Below, in pieces: positions 47,872 through 59,138 of a stretch of 64,000 nucleotides of DNA. The DNA is from a virus (Duplodnaviria > Caudoviricetes), in the IMG/VR virus record IMGVR_UViG_3300028048_000065, positions 64,001-128,000 of that record, one strand, 5' to 3'. The stretch's first letter is position 1; each line of letters starts with the position of its first letter. The notes beneath the pieces were generated by a model. It did no database searches. It was not told where the DNA came from and saw nothing but the letters and a program-made list of their open reading frames with translations. The position numbers and the translations under genes were made by a program.

Positions 47872-48732
47872 TTACTGAATAGATTTAAAGTTCATCTCTA
47901 CAATATAATTTGTAAAGGGGTGCTTAGGGTTGAGACGATTTAGAATCTCAATCTTTCCGCGATTAATATAGTTCTGGTCTCCACTATAACACTTACCCAG
48001 CCAATAAGAACAAATAAAGTCCTTATCTTCATCAGTGAGGTCTTGATAAAAGTCTTCAAGCTCACGTTCAGGCTTCCGATAAAGTGTGCGAAGGTCTTCC
48101 TTGGTAATAATACGCTTACCATCGCGATTCAAGCAAGGCACATTATAACGCTCCGCAATATCCGCAGATTCAGGGCCAAGAACAATGATTTCTTTGTCAA
48201 ACCAACGACGATACTTAGAAACACACTCTTCGAATTGTTGCCAACTAAGAAGACGTTGCTCGCCAAAAGTATGGAAATCAATTGAAAGACCAGTCAAACG
48301 CAGAGCAGTTGAGCCGCCACCAATAATCTCACGATTATGGATTAGAACAACTTCTTTCTCAGATTTACGATTTGCAATAATGTCAAGAAGACGATTAGTA
48401 GTGCTTTCAGCAGTGGAATCTTTTGGCTCAGGAATCATACTGGCTTTCTTTTCAGCCTCCTCAACCTTTGTGTTTGCTTCTTCAATCTGAGCTTTAAGCT
48501 CTTCATTTTCCTTTTTAGCATTTGTCAAATCTGTCTTAAGAGAATCAATAGATTCTTTCATAGATGCAAACATTGCCATAAGGTCAGCCATAGAAGGCTG
48601 TTCCTGCTTTGCGGAGGTTTTTTCTGCCTCTGCTATTGCGGAAGCCGAAACCTCCGCAACAGCGGGCTCATTAATTTGAACTTCAACCTTTTCAGTTTTA
48701 GTAGTTGTACTGTTTTTCTTAGATACTGCCAT
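47872..48732 (-). CDS. Hypothetical coiled-coil protein
   Basis: GGAGGA RBS; follows the major capsid gene. Confidence 0.6.
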   Translation of the reverse strand: MAVSKKNSTTTKTEKVEVQINEPAVAEVSASAIAEAEKTSAKQEQPSMADLMAMFASMKESIDSLKTDLTNAKKENEELKAQIEEANTKVEEAEKKASMIPEPKDSTAESTTNRLLDIIANRKSEKEVVLIHNREIIGGGSTALRLTGLSIDFHTFGEQRLLSWQQFEECVSKYRRWFDKEIIVLGPESADIAERYNVPCLNRDGKRIITKEDLRTLYRKPERELEDFYQDLTDEDKDFICSYWLGKCYSGDQNYINRGKIEILNRLNPKHPFTNYIVEMNFKSIQ

Positions 48733-48858
48733 TTTCAAGTATCCTCCTTTTAAACCTTTTAAATCTGTATAAATTTATGATTTTATCTTAATGAATAAAA
48801 ATCATCTTTTATTTCTCCTTTCGGAGTTTCTTCTTTGCTTTAAGCTATTAACTTAAAA

Positions 48859-49457
48859 TTACTGAAGCTGGATGCAACCGATTTTGGAACCAATCACAAT
48901 GCCAACACCGAGACGCATATCAACGGTGAAGCCATAAGTATGGTCAGCGGCATACATCGGGTCACGCTGAACGCTAACACTATTGCCTTCCATGACAACG
49001 TGAACAGGCTTGTTAAAGCCAAGAGGAAGCATATAAATAATATCATCATCAAGGACAACTTCAGGAGTGCCGTTGATGGTGTTAGGAACGAGGCAATTAC
49101 CAAGCTCGATTAGAGGAATCTTCTTGTACTCAGGAAGATAACCATCACGAACGATAGAACCAGCCTCACCATAACGGAAGGACTGAGCATCAGCAGGAAG
49201 AACGTCAGCAAGAGCAATGTTAGTACCAAGAGCATAAACCTGAGCACCACCATTGGCAAGAGAAACGTTACGCGCCGTAGTGAGCCAGTTAGCATCAGTC
49301 ATACCATTAGCGATATAGCCAGCAATGCCGTGCTCACCAGCGGTGGTGATAACATCGGACATAACCTTAGCGACACGACCCATAACATAAGCGGCAAAGG
49401 AAGCGCCAACCTTGGCAAGAAGAGAACCCCAATTTAATTTTCCTGCGGAAACGTGGT
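48859..49457 (-). CDS. Major capsid protein, exon 2
   Basis: Spliced product is 364 aa; reads YHVSAGKLNWG...RLGVGIV; strong codon bias. Confidence 0.82.
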
Positions 49458-50867
49458 CGAATTTTGTTTAATTATTCTTTTTTATTTTCTTCTTTTAAAT
49501 ATTCATCAAGAAAGATTTGCTCAAAATATCTTTCTGTGTGAGTTAAAATTTCAATTTTTTCTTTTAATTGTTCTATAGTTGGAATGTTATGACCGCCTTT
49601 TATTCTTAAAGTTTTATAACCCAGTTTTAATAAAGCTTTATCTCTGGCAAAATCACGTTGCTTATCTTTATGCCAAAACCAACCATCATATTCAACATCT
49701 ATTTTTACTCCATCTATTTCGATAAAACAATCCAAACTTAAATTACTTACGGGATAATTTATTTCAACTGTTTCATATTCATTTAACAACATCTCATAAA
49801 TTTGCTGTTGTGGCTTTGATATAGGTATTTTTCCAGATTTAGCAAAAGCCGCTTGCATTTTTTCTCTTATTTCAGGAGACTGACAAATATATTCTACCCC
49901 GTACCTCTCTAAGCACGTCGTTTTACTTTTCTCTCTAACTTCTGGAATGCTAAAAGCGCTTATTACCCCATATTTATCTAACATAGCTTGCTGTGATTTT
50001 TCTTTCATTTCTGGAAGCTAAACAACATATTCTACGCCATAACGTTCTAAATTTGTTTTCTTTATCTTTTCAACAATTTCTGGAACTTGCATAAAATTTT
50101 CTGTCCCATATTTTTCTTTGCAAGTATTTTTAGCCTTTTCCTTTGAAGATTCAAGTTTGGCTGGATTACTTACTCCATATTTTTTTAAACAAGTTTCACG
50201 AGTCTGATTTGCTTTTTTTGACAATTCTTCTTTATTAGAATTAAAACATTCTTTGCAAAAATACTTACCGTCATGTTTAGAAATTCTTTTTAAATAAATT
50301 CGATAAGTCATAATTAATTCCTTGCCACACTTATCACAAATGGCAGTAATTTCACGACAACTTCCTTTTGACAAATCTTCTACTTTTACTTCTAATTCTT
50401 TTTTATTTGTCCAATCATATCCTAAATCTGTAAATCTACGATATGCTGTAGCAGTTAAAGGAATTGTTAAAGTTTTTTCTTTTATCATGTTTTCTCCACA
50501 TTTTTATATTAAAAAAGAATAATTTATCTTTGCTTTTCAACAAAGTCAAGACTATATCATCATCATTTTCAGATGCTTACCATATCAGAGAATTGAGCAT
50601 TTCTCTTACTCTTTAAAAAGATAGTCGTTGAGCCTAAATCTCATTAAATTTTTGGCTGCTGATTTACTATTATTAAAGCACTTAGGATTTAACCTTATGC
50701 CATTCAACTAATTTTTTCTACTTTCGTCACCGTCACGCCTAAGCTTATTTCATCTTTACGTTGTGGTTTAGCTGACTTTAAGTATTTCCAGCAATTAAGT
50801 AAGTTTATTAATATGTATATTTCTATACACTCTGGCTACCATGCTTTTCCGCATTAAGCAATTTTTA
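49458..50867 (-). mobile_element. Group I intron in the major capsid gene (1410 nt)
   Basis: Exon ends TGGT; P1 is CUGGUUA/UAGCCAG with U.G; AATCAGCAGCC, AACGACTATC and GATATAGTC present; ends in G. Splicing restores CDWYH. Confidence 0.9.
49472..50488 (-). CDS. Intron-encoded Vsr/DUF559-like (EDxHD-type) endonuclease
   Basis: Joins 50018..50488 and 49472..50008 through one TAG. Has a CxxC finger, TCLxxYGV repeats and DVEYDGWFWH. Confidence 0.78.
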
Positions 50868-51363
50868 ACCAGTCACAATAGAGGCTAATGGTCTGACGTT
50901 GAGCCTGAATGGTGTATTCAGTGTTGCTTGCAGTCTGCTGCGCACCATTGCGGATACCTTCAGCAAGGTCATTAACAATGAAGAGCTCATTGCTCTCGAC
51001 TTGGAAAGCTGCGGAGTCGCCAAAACCAACCTGAGTTACATCATAGAGCTGGTCATAGCCAGAAGCGACAACAGTAGGAATAACGGGAGTAAGAATCTGA
51101 GCAAGAACGACATCGAACTTCTCAAGGAAGGAGCTATTCTTGTGAACCATAGGATTCTTAATATCCTCAAGACCATTGTAATTCATAACATTACCCTCGG
51201 CGCAGAACTTCATGAGAGATTCATTGAACTGCTTGTTAGCTTCGGAATACTCATGAGTATTGCCCTTGCCCTCAAGGAAAGCCTGAGTCAGAGCATAACC
51301 AGATTCAACAATGCCGTCAAGAGCTTCATCGTTGAACTTATTGTAGCTAAAAATGTGTTTCAT
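50868..51363 (-). CDS. Major capsid protein, exon 1
   Basis: GGAGG RBS; follows the protease/scaffold and decoration genes. Confidence 0.82.
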
Positions 51364-51433
51364 AACAACATAATCCTCCTTAATCTAATCTTTTTAAGTA
51401 TATATTCAAAACCATCTCATCTATCCGCGAGGA

Positions 51434-51955
51434 TTAGACGGACAGAACGGTGCAGTAAGCCTTCTTACCAGCATTGACCTGACCCATAATTTTATCGGTC
51501 ACATACTCAACCTTAAAGGTAAAGCCCTCACCCTCAGTACCAGCAACATAAGAACCATCAGCGGAACCAGTGTAGACAGTACCATCAACGGGAGCAACAG
51601 AGAAGTTGTCATCTGCGAGGTAGAACTCATCACCGACTTGAGGAATACGAACGCGAGTGTTCTCATTAGCAGGAACGGGAAGACCGCAAATCTTGCTACC
51701 AATACGATAAACTACGCCAACAATCGTACCCTGAGGAACACCAACATAGTCAACAATACCATAGCGCTTGCCCTTGGTATAACCAGCGGTAAGCTTACGG
51801 GCATTCATATCCTTAACATTCTTATAAACAGCATGGTCGCAGAGGTCGCCAATAGTAACGATAGAACCATCGGCAAGCTCGTTTTCGCAACGACCAGTCA
51901 CGAGATAGCTCTGAACATCTTCGGAAGCCATCAGGATTTTCTCGATGAATTTCAT
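51434..51955 (-). CDS. Probable capsid decoration protein
   Basis: 173 aa with strong codon bias, between scaffold and major capsid genes. Confidence 0.6.
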   Translation of the reverse strand: MKFIEKILMASEDVQSYLVTGRCENELADGSIVTIGDLCDHAVYKNVKDMNARKLTAGYTKGKRYGIVDYVGVPQGTIVGVVYRIGSKICGLPVPANENTRVRIPQVGDEFYLADDNFSVAPVDGTVYTGSADGSYVAGTEGEGFTFKVEYVTDKIMGQVNAGKKAYCTVLSV

Positions 51956-51978
51956 AATATTATTTCCTCCTATTATAG

Positions 51979-53973
51979 TTAAATTTTATTGAGATTTGCA
52001 ATAGCATTCTTCAAATCCTCCATACTATTCTTAGCAGTATTAGCCACAACAGTAGAAGTCTCTTTGATTATGCTTACGCTAAAGTCTTTTTCAACTTTAG
52101 AGCTTTTAGCCATCTTTTTTTGCTGATAAAGAGCATCAGCAATAAGATGTTCAGCGGCTTCCTGAGCAGTCTCATTTGCACTATAGGAGCTCTTATCGCA
52201 ATTCTCTTTCATAGCATTTTTAATAATATCTTTATTTTCAGCAGTAAGGTCTTCCTCACTGTCGATAACAGAACAAACAAAAGAGTAGATTTCTGCATTC
52301 TTAGTAGCGGCAAATTTTGCCTCATAATCAGCAATAATCTCACTCATCTTAATGAACTCAGCTTTGAATTCGTCCTCAGTATAAGTTTTATCCCCAACGG
52401 TAAAGACAACTTGCTCTTTTTCGGGCTCATTAGGAATTTCCTCGGAGCACTTTTCAATAGCGCCAACAGACTCGGCAGACTCTTCCTCTTTCTTATCTTC
52501 ATCGGAATCATCGCCCTTATCATCTTCATCCTTATCATCTTTATCGTCTTCGCTCATCTTACATTCATCCTCAGACATCTTGCACTCATCATTTTCAGAC
52601 ATCTTGCATTCGTCTTCAGAAGCAGATTCGCAGTCTTTGTTTTCCCCGTCGGAATTTTCAGCACACTCTTCCTTAGATTCACACTCACAGCCATCTTCAC
52701 TCATCTTGCACTCATCCTCAGACATTTTACATTCCTCTTCAGGCTAGCAAGATTCACACTTCTTTTCCTCAGCAGATTCGTCTTCTTTCTTTTCGTCAGT
52801 AGACTCTTCTTCCTTCTTATCTTCGGCTTCAACTTCTTTATTTTCACAAGACTCTTTTTCCTTTTCAGGCTCATTAGTCTTTTCCTCAAAGTTTTCTTTT
52901 TCTGCCTCGGCTTCGTTCTCATCATACTTTCTCCAAGAACGAATAACAGACTGTTTTGCGCTTTCATCGACAGAAATAACAGCTTTACCGTCTTCACCAA
53001 CCTCAAAAGAATAAGGCGCGGAGAAAGTACCTTCGCCTTCAATTTCATAATAAACTTCGGTTTCGCTTATATCCACAACCCAGACATAGCGATTATCATT
53101 GGTTAAGAAATCCTGTAACATCTGTCTTTTTTCATTAAGCGTATACATTGGAACTGTTTCTCCTCCTCTCTCGTCATTATCCATTTTAATTTCTTCCGTA
53201 TCTTCGTTATTAATAGGAGAATCGGAGAAATTTGATTTATTTATATTTGAATTATCATTTGATTCAGGAGTAATACCAAGAGACTTATCGAGTTCTTGAT
53301 AAGCAAAAGTTAAGCTCTTCTTACGCATCTGATAAGATTCAGTTCCCTCAAGTTCAGGAATAGAAATATTCGCATTAGGAATAGCCTCTGTATAATCAGA
53401 GCCAAGAATGGTAATACCCATTAGGCTAAATTCATCAATAACTTCAATACCATCATTATCAATATGCGACTTAGTAACTTCTACCTCAACAGATACTTTT
53501 TTACCTTTTGATTTCAGAAGCTTTTTAACTTGACGATAAGAATAATTAACCCAAAGTGCAGCAGAGAGAGAAATCCACTTAAGTCCATCTTTTTCAATCA
53601 ATTCAACACGGTCTTTAGAACGCACAAGACCAAGCGGAACTTCATTGCGGCCACCAGTTGTATCTTCATGCACTCCATATTCGTCATGAATTAAAGAAGT
53701 ATTATGTCCTAAATAATCTTCTTTTAACGTATCAAAAGCACCAAGAATAGGCTTCTCATAGAACGTAGGAATAGCATTCCTCATAGAATCTTCTGTAAAA
53801 TAACTCTTATTGCGATTTGGATAAACATTTGAAATAGCCATTATATCAACTGCTAAAAACTCCTTATTTAAAAGCGTTTTAATGCGGAGTTGTTCAGGAG
53901 AAAGTTCAAAAGTTAATTTCTTTTTACTTTCGTTCAATAACTTTTCCCTCCTTTCCTCAAAAATAAAACTCAC
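51979..53973 (-). CDS. Prohead protease-scaffold fusion (664 aa)
   Basis: PNRNKS, KPILG, VSVEV and GITILG protease motifs. One in-frame TAG at 52744-52746 joins the acidic/coiled-coil C-terminus. Confidence 0.78.
52545..52740 (-). repeat. Tandem 21-nt repeats encoding SEDECKM
   Basis: Five ECKM units within the scaffold linker. Confidence 0.75.
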
Positions 53974-54063
53974 CTTTTATTACGTTCATCCACCTTTCGT
54001 AATAAACATCCATCTCAGGAATAATTTTGGAGTAAGGTTTACTTATATTTATATAAAACATAT

Positions 54064-54633
54064 TTAATTTTCTTTTAGTTTGTTTAATTGCTTTTGCCTA
54101 TGTTCTTCATAAGATTTCTTTATTTCGTTAATACTATTTACTGCCACACTATTTTTAAAATTTGGATGAGCGGAACAATATTCTTCATAGTTATCACAGC
54201 ATCCTAAAATTTCAACATAATGTTCTTCACCATGAGGAATATTATTTAAAAGTTCATCACTAAAGCGCAAAATTCTGGCTCTGGCTTGTTTGGCTTCATT
54301 TTCATCAACAATATTTCTTAATTTATCTACTTTTCCGCCTATACCGTTTATATCATTTTTCATAGTATTAACGTCTGTTTTAACCAAAGCAACGTCGCTG
54401 TGCAACGTGGCGACATCTCTTTTCATGCCTCCAATGTCTTCCTTTACGCCACTTAAGTCCCTTTTAAAACCATCCATTTTCTCATTTAATTCAGCATTCA
54501 TCAATCTGCCTAAAAACTTAAGCACAGAATTCCAAGGATTGATTTTAATGGGAGCGATTTGAATTAAAGTGAGAAGTATGATTAAACCCCAACCAGAGTT
54601 GGAAAGTAAATCCTTCAATTGAAGTAAATCCAA
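54064..54633 (-). CDS. Membrane-anchored coiled-coil protein (holin-like)
   Basis: N-terminal hydrophobic segment, IKINPW, heptad repeats and RARILRF. Confidence 0.55.
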   Translation of the reverse strand: MDLLQLKDLLSNSGWGLIILLTLIQIAPIKINPWNSVLKFLGRLMNAELNEKMDGFKRDLSGVKEDIGGMKRDVATLHSDVALVKTDVNTMKNDINGIGGKVDKLRNIVDENEAKQARARILRFSDELLNNIPHGEEHYVEILGCCDNYEEYCSAHPNFKNSVAVNSINEIKKSYEEHRQKQLNKLKEN

Positions 54634-54670
54634 GCTAATCTCCTCCTTCCCTTAATAATCGTCCCAACTA

Positions 54671-55189
54671 TTAAATCACAGTGAAATCTTCAAAATCAAT
54701 GTCGAATTTATAGACCTTGCCATCATTTAGATATTTTTTTGCTTTTCCACGCCAAATGTCACTTTGATGGACAAGTCCGCTCATAATACGAGCAAACTCT
54801 TCAAGTTCCAGCACCAAAACCTTACAACCTTTTTCATAATCTAAAATCTCAATAGCATTAAGAACAGAATCTTTTAGGGTTGTAACATTGCGATAATTAT
54901 CCTCAAAAGCATCTACTATATTTGTATATTCCTCATCGTTTCCAGCTTGAGAACCCCTGTGAGGAACGATGCCTTCATTTACAAGAATTTCGCTCCAATG
55001 GTCAGCGAAAGTATCTGAAGGCCAAATATGAGCAAACTTTAGATGATAAATACTCGAAGCTTTAGGGCATTCGAGATAACTATCTAAAGCATACGCAATA
55101 TTATCGCAGTCTTGATTCATCTGAAAAAATGAAGTTAATAAGTCATTGCACAGTTTTTTTATTTCTGGGGTAAAATTATTTTTAACCAT
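54671..55189 (-). CDS. Hypothetical protein, possibly a ferritin-like helical bundle
   Basis: 172 aa helical acidic ORF with an AGGAG RBS. Confidence 0.45.
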   Translation of the reverse strand: MVKNNFTPEIKKLCNDLLTSFFQMNQDCDNIAYALDSYLECPKASSIYHLKFAHIWPSDTFADHWSEILVNEGIVPHRGSQAGNDEEYTNIVDAFEDNYRNVTTLKDSVLNAIEILDYEKGCKVLVLELEEFARIMSGLVHQSDIWRGKAKKYLNDGKVYKFDIDFEDFTVI

Positions 55190-55215
55190 ACTTAACTCCT
55201 TTCCTACATTTTTAC

Positions 55216-55410
55216 TTACTCTTCACTATATGAACCGTCACTATTTTGCACAAACTTAAAACCTTGATTGCAAAGTTTACACACGCAAATTAATGTCGGA
55301 GGAACAGTCATAACCCTTTTAGGCAGAATTCTAAGAGTATTATTTTCACAATTTAAGTCGTGAACACACACATCTTTATTTTCTACCACCATTTTTTTAA
55401 TCTGTTTCAT
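55216..55410 (-). CDS. Small Cys-rich protein
   Basis: 64 aa with CxxxxxC...CxCxxC; directly after the portal gene. Confidence 0.55.
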   Translation of the reverse strand: MKQIKKMVVENKDVCVHDLNCENNTLRILPKRVMTVPPTLICVCKLCNQGFKFVQNSDGSYSEE

Positions 55411-55412
55411 TT

Positions 55413-56315
55413 TTATTCATCCTCTTTGTCTTGTTCACCTTTTATGCCCATAACTTCTCGAATACGCTCATCATATTTTTCTTCCAAACATTCATCACAA
55501 ATACCTTCTTCGCCATAATCCAGCTCTTTGCCACAAATAGCACATTTAGCTACGCTAAATTCCTTGATGTCAGAAACATTAGTCCCATTGTCCGCAGAAG
55601 TAGCAGTAGAATCGTTTGTTATTTCATCTTCATCAAGTTTAGGTCTGCCAACATTATCTTTAGAAGTTACTTTCTCCTCAGAAGTTGTAGTTGTAGTTTT
55701 AGCAGAAATTTTGTTTGTTGCGGTCTTTAACGCGAGCCTATTCGACTCTTCAACATTTTCTTGAGCGAGAACCTTTTCAACTTTAATATTAAGTTCTTTC
55801 ATCCAAGAAGTTGAAGTAGAATAATCAAGGACACTCATTCCCATAGCAGAAAGCAGTTTCGGGAACATCCCTTCAACACCAGAGAACACCAATTCTTTAA
55901 GTTGTTTAGTTTCCTCATTATGAGTGAAAATACCACCCCAAAGATAGATTCTCCATTTATATTTTAAACCAAGAGTATTATTAATTATATAATTCATATA
56001 GCTTTCATATTGACGAACCATATAATCAACACGAGACTCTTGAATATATTGAGCCGCCTTAACAGATGCGATACTGGGCTTATCAGTAATACTCATAAGA
56101 GCAGAATTGCCAGATGTTGCAATCAAATCACGAGTACGGTCATAAATAATATCCATATTCTCAGGTTGATTTTCAAGTGTATGTAATTCAAATTCTTTAA
56201 AGGGAGCAAAAAAGCTCATAATATTAGAAGATACGCTGGAATTAAATAGGTCACTATAGCCCATTACTGTATCTGCGCTAATTGCTGTAGAATCCTTACC
56301 CGCACTCGGGTCTTT
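55413..56315 (-). CDS. Portal protein, exon 2
   Basis: In frame with 55413..56264; VGRPK tail motif and a C-terminal CxxC...CxxC. Confidence 0.75.
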   Translation of the reverse strand, partial: KDPSAGKDSTAISADTVMGYSDLFNSSVSSNIMSFFAPFKEFELHTLENQPENMDIIYDRTRDLIATSGNSALMSITDKPSIASVKAAQYIQESRVDYMVRQYESYMNYIINNTLGLKYKWRIYLWGGIFTHNEETKQLKELVFSGVEGMFPKLLSAMGMSVLDYSTSTSWMKELNIKVEKVLAQENVEESNRLALKTATNKISAKTTTTTSEEKVTSKDNVGRPKLDEDEITNDSTATSADNGTNVSDIKEFSVAKCAICGKELDYGEEGICDECLEEKYDERIREVMGIKGEQDKEDE

Positions 56316-57662
56316 CCATTATTATTTGTTTAGTATTAGAATATTTAAATTCCTGAGATTATCAATCTCAATACCGTTACTTTCGTAACCACAATATTTC
56401 TATTGTGTGCAGACTATATCTTCATCTATTTAAATAGATGTCTACCACTTCGGTTTGATTGATGAAGTCAAACCTACTCCCCTAAAGGGATAGTCGTTGA
56501 GCCTTCTCATTTAAGAGCTTGGCTGCTGATTGTCCATTTCAGTTACATTTTCTAAATAAAAAATAAATTTATGTCCTTTGACAGCATTTAATTTCCCTTT
56601 ACAAACTTTCAAAATACCAGACGAGTCAACATTTAAATCTCTACCCGCATCCGCTGCATTGTTGTAAATCTTACCAGATTCGACTTCCTATATTGGGCGA
56701 TAAGGACGACTTTCCAATTTAGGATTATAATTGCCAGATAAATAATCCTTTTGATATGCAAAACGATGTCCCCCTGTAGTAATTCGGATACCTCTACATA
56801 CGTCTCTTATTTTTATCATATTAATCCCTAATTTTTCAGACGCTTCTTTGGCAGATTCATACACTTCTCCCGTATCAATATCTATTATTCTTTTATTCTT
56901 ACCTCTGGTTTTAATTTCATAATCCCCCGTTAAATAATCTTCTAAATAACAAAATTGATAACCGTTTGCAGATTTAGCTCTTCCTTTGCAACAAGCAGTA
57001 ATATTAGATGCCTGAATAATTTTTAATAGGCGAGCGGCCTCTTCCGCACTTGGATAGATAGTGCCAGCAATTAATTCTACGACAGGTTTCCCATTCATCT
57101 GCTAACTCAATAAAGCCGCACGAGACTGCGCTTCAGCATAATCTTTAACACTTACTTTGTAATATCGTTTTGTATCCCCGTCCGTTTTGTGACACATTAA
57201 CCACCACGCAAACTATAAAGATTTTACGTCTGGATTTTCTATTGCCAAAAGTTTATGACAATAATAATGTTCTTCAGGGAAAAGAATAATAATATTATCT
57301 TTATTATCTTTTCCTCCCATGCATTTTGGAAGAATATGATGGCCTTCAGTATAAATATTTTCAGGTCTGTTTTTCTTTCCTAAATTTCTAATTGTTTTCA
57401 ACCTGTTAATATAATCCTAATACGACTCGTTTTCGTTAGGTTCTATATACATTGCATAAGTCATAATATTCCTCCCCTCTTATTTATTTTTTGTTTTATT
57501 TTTTATTTAGTAACTCTCTTCCGTAGGTTTTAACCATAGAAGAATCTTAGTCATTATTTCTCTTTTCAGAACCCTTTAAGGTTGACTAAGCTTTAGGATT
57601 TTCCAGCATTTCGATAGATAATTTTTCGAACATATTACTATGAACGTGGTCTATTTTTTCTA
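56316..57662 (-). mobile_element. Group I intron in the portal gene (1347 nt)
   Basis: Exon ends GTT; P1 is UGGUUUA/UAGACCA with U.G; AATCAGCAGCC, AACGACTATC and AAGATATAGTC present; ends in G. Confidence 0.88.
56511..57464 (-). CDS. HNH/NUMOD1 homing endonuclease in the portal intron
   Basis: EGHHILPKCMGG...N...EHYYCH plus three NUMOD1-like repeats; four TAG; ends TAA inside the intron core. Confidence 0.85.
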
Positions 57663-58736
57663 AACCAAAGGAACTTCAGCAGTAAGAATACTTGTAACAC
57701 CCTTACTTAACAAATTAGCCTGTAACCAACGATAATCATCAAGTTCATTTAAGTCATTAAACAAACCGATAGCATCAGGCAACATATTAGGATGAGCACC
57801 ATCACTATAGAAAGTGTAACACAAATCTTGAGGAAGTTGTACCCAATAAAAATAAGCATCTCCCTTACTCTCAAGAATACCCCCACGAGGCAATTTAGCT
57901 CTTGGATTTACTTTCTTGTTACCCTTTTTATCCTCAATGATAATTCCACTTTCAAGCATTTCTGCCCAAGTATCTCTAATAAACTAAGGATATTGGTCAA
58001 CACTATACGCAGGTTGTAAAAAAATCATCATATTAAAGCTTGCAATAAACTTCTATCTACTACCAAATCCAGTCATTTTAATCATGTCTGTATTTAATTT
58101 CTGCAAACTCCAAAAATCAACAGAATCTTTATCATAACTTAATCTTGTAAGATAGCTACTTTTACCCTCAAGACTTACTTGAGTGGTAACAGTTTTCCAT
58201 GTTAAATTGGGCTCAAAAGACTTAATAGCCTTGTCAACCATTTCAGCTTCTTTTTTAAAATCATCTTTCTTTAAATCAGCTTCTTTAACATACTAAGGGA
58301 GATAATACCAATTATACTTTGCAGTATCACGGTTCAGTTTAATTAATAGATTATATACATAATTTGTATAATAGAGCCACATACTAAGTTGCATAAGTGG
58401 CTTTTCACTATTTTCAGGATTAGACAAAGCATCTTGAACAACTTCTTGGTCTAATTTCTTAGCAGGAGAATTGATTTGCTTAATCCTCGCATTTTGCAAA
58501 AATGGATTATTGAGTTGGCTCCAAGCGCCATTCCAATTTGCAGCAATCGTCTTAAAATCAGAATTTGCGTAGGCACTAAAAACTCTTTGCCATCTTTCCT
58601 GAACTTGAGATAAAGTAATTTTTTCTTCTCTAACTTGTTCAGAAGACATATTTATAGTTTTAGATTGCTCATTTTCAACAGAGCTAACTTCTGGCTCTTT
58701 TTTCTTGGGGCGACCCCTTTTTTTCTTTTCGTCCAT
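57663..58736 (-). CDS. Portal protein, exon 1
   Basis: Three ORF fragments in one frame joined by three TAG; spliced product is 658 aa; lies upstream of the protease gene. Confidence 0.75.
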
Positions 58737-58745
58737 TCGAAAAAA

Positions 58746-59138
58746 TCATTCCTCCTTTCCATCATTTTCTTTCAAAGATTCTTGCATCTTTTCTTCAAAA
58801 ATATCAATAGCTTTCATAGCCATCTTTAATTTTTTTTGATTCTCAATTTCATAGCGTTGTCTATCAATACGAACAAGATTTTCTTTACACCAATCCTAAT
58901 AAAAAGGAGTTTCTTTTCCTAAATTATCTTCTGTAATTTCAATAGTAAAATAATCTTTAGCAGGTTTTAAAGTTTTCTTTAACACTTCTAAAGCTTGCTC
59001 TCTATTTACATAGTTGGCTACAGCAATATAAAGCACCCCATCGGCATAAACAAAATAAAAATATTCTTTTAATTTATCAAATATTTTTACAAGACGCTCA
59101 TCTTGATTAAAATTTCCTATGATTTTATAAACCAGCAT
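58746..59138 (-). CDS. Hypothetical protein (130 aa)
   Basis: ORF 58896..59138 continues through TAG to TGA. Confidence 0.6.

Noticed and set aside
52545-52740. CRISPR-like array
   Set aside because: These are in-frame coding repeats without unique spacers.
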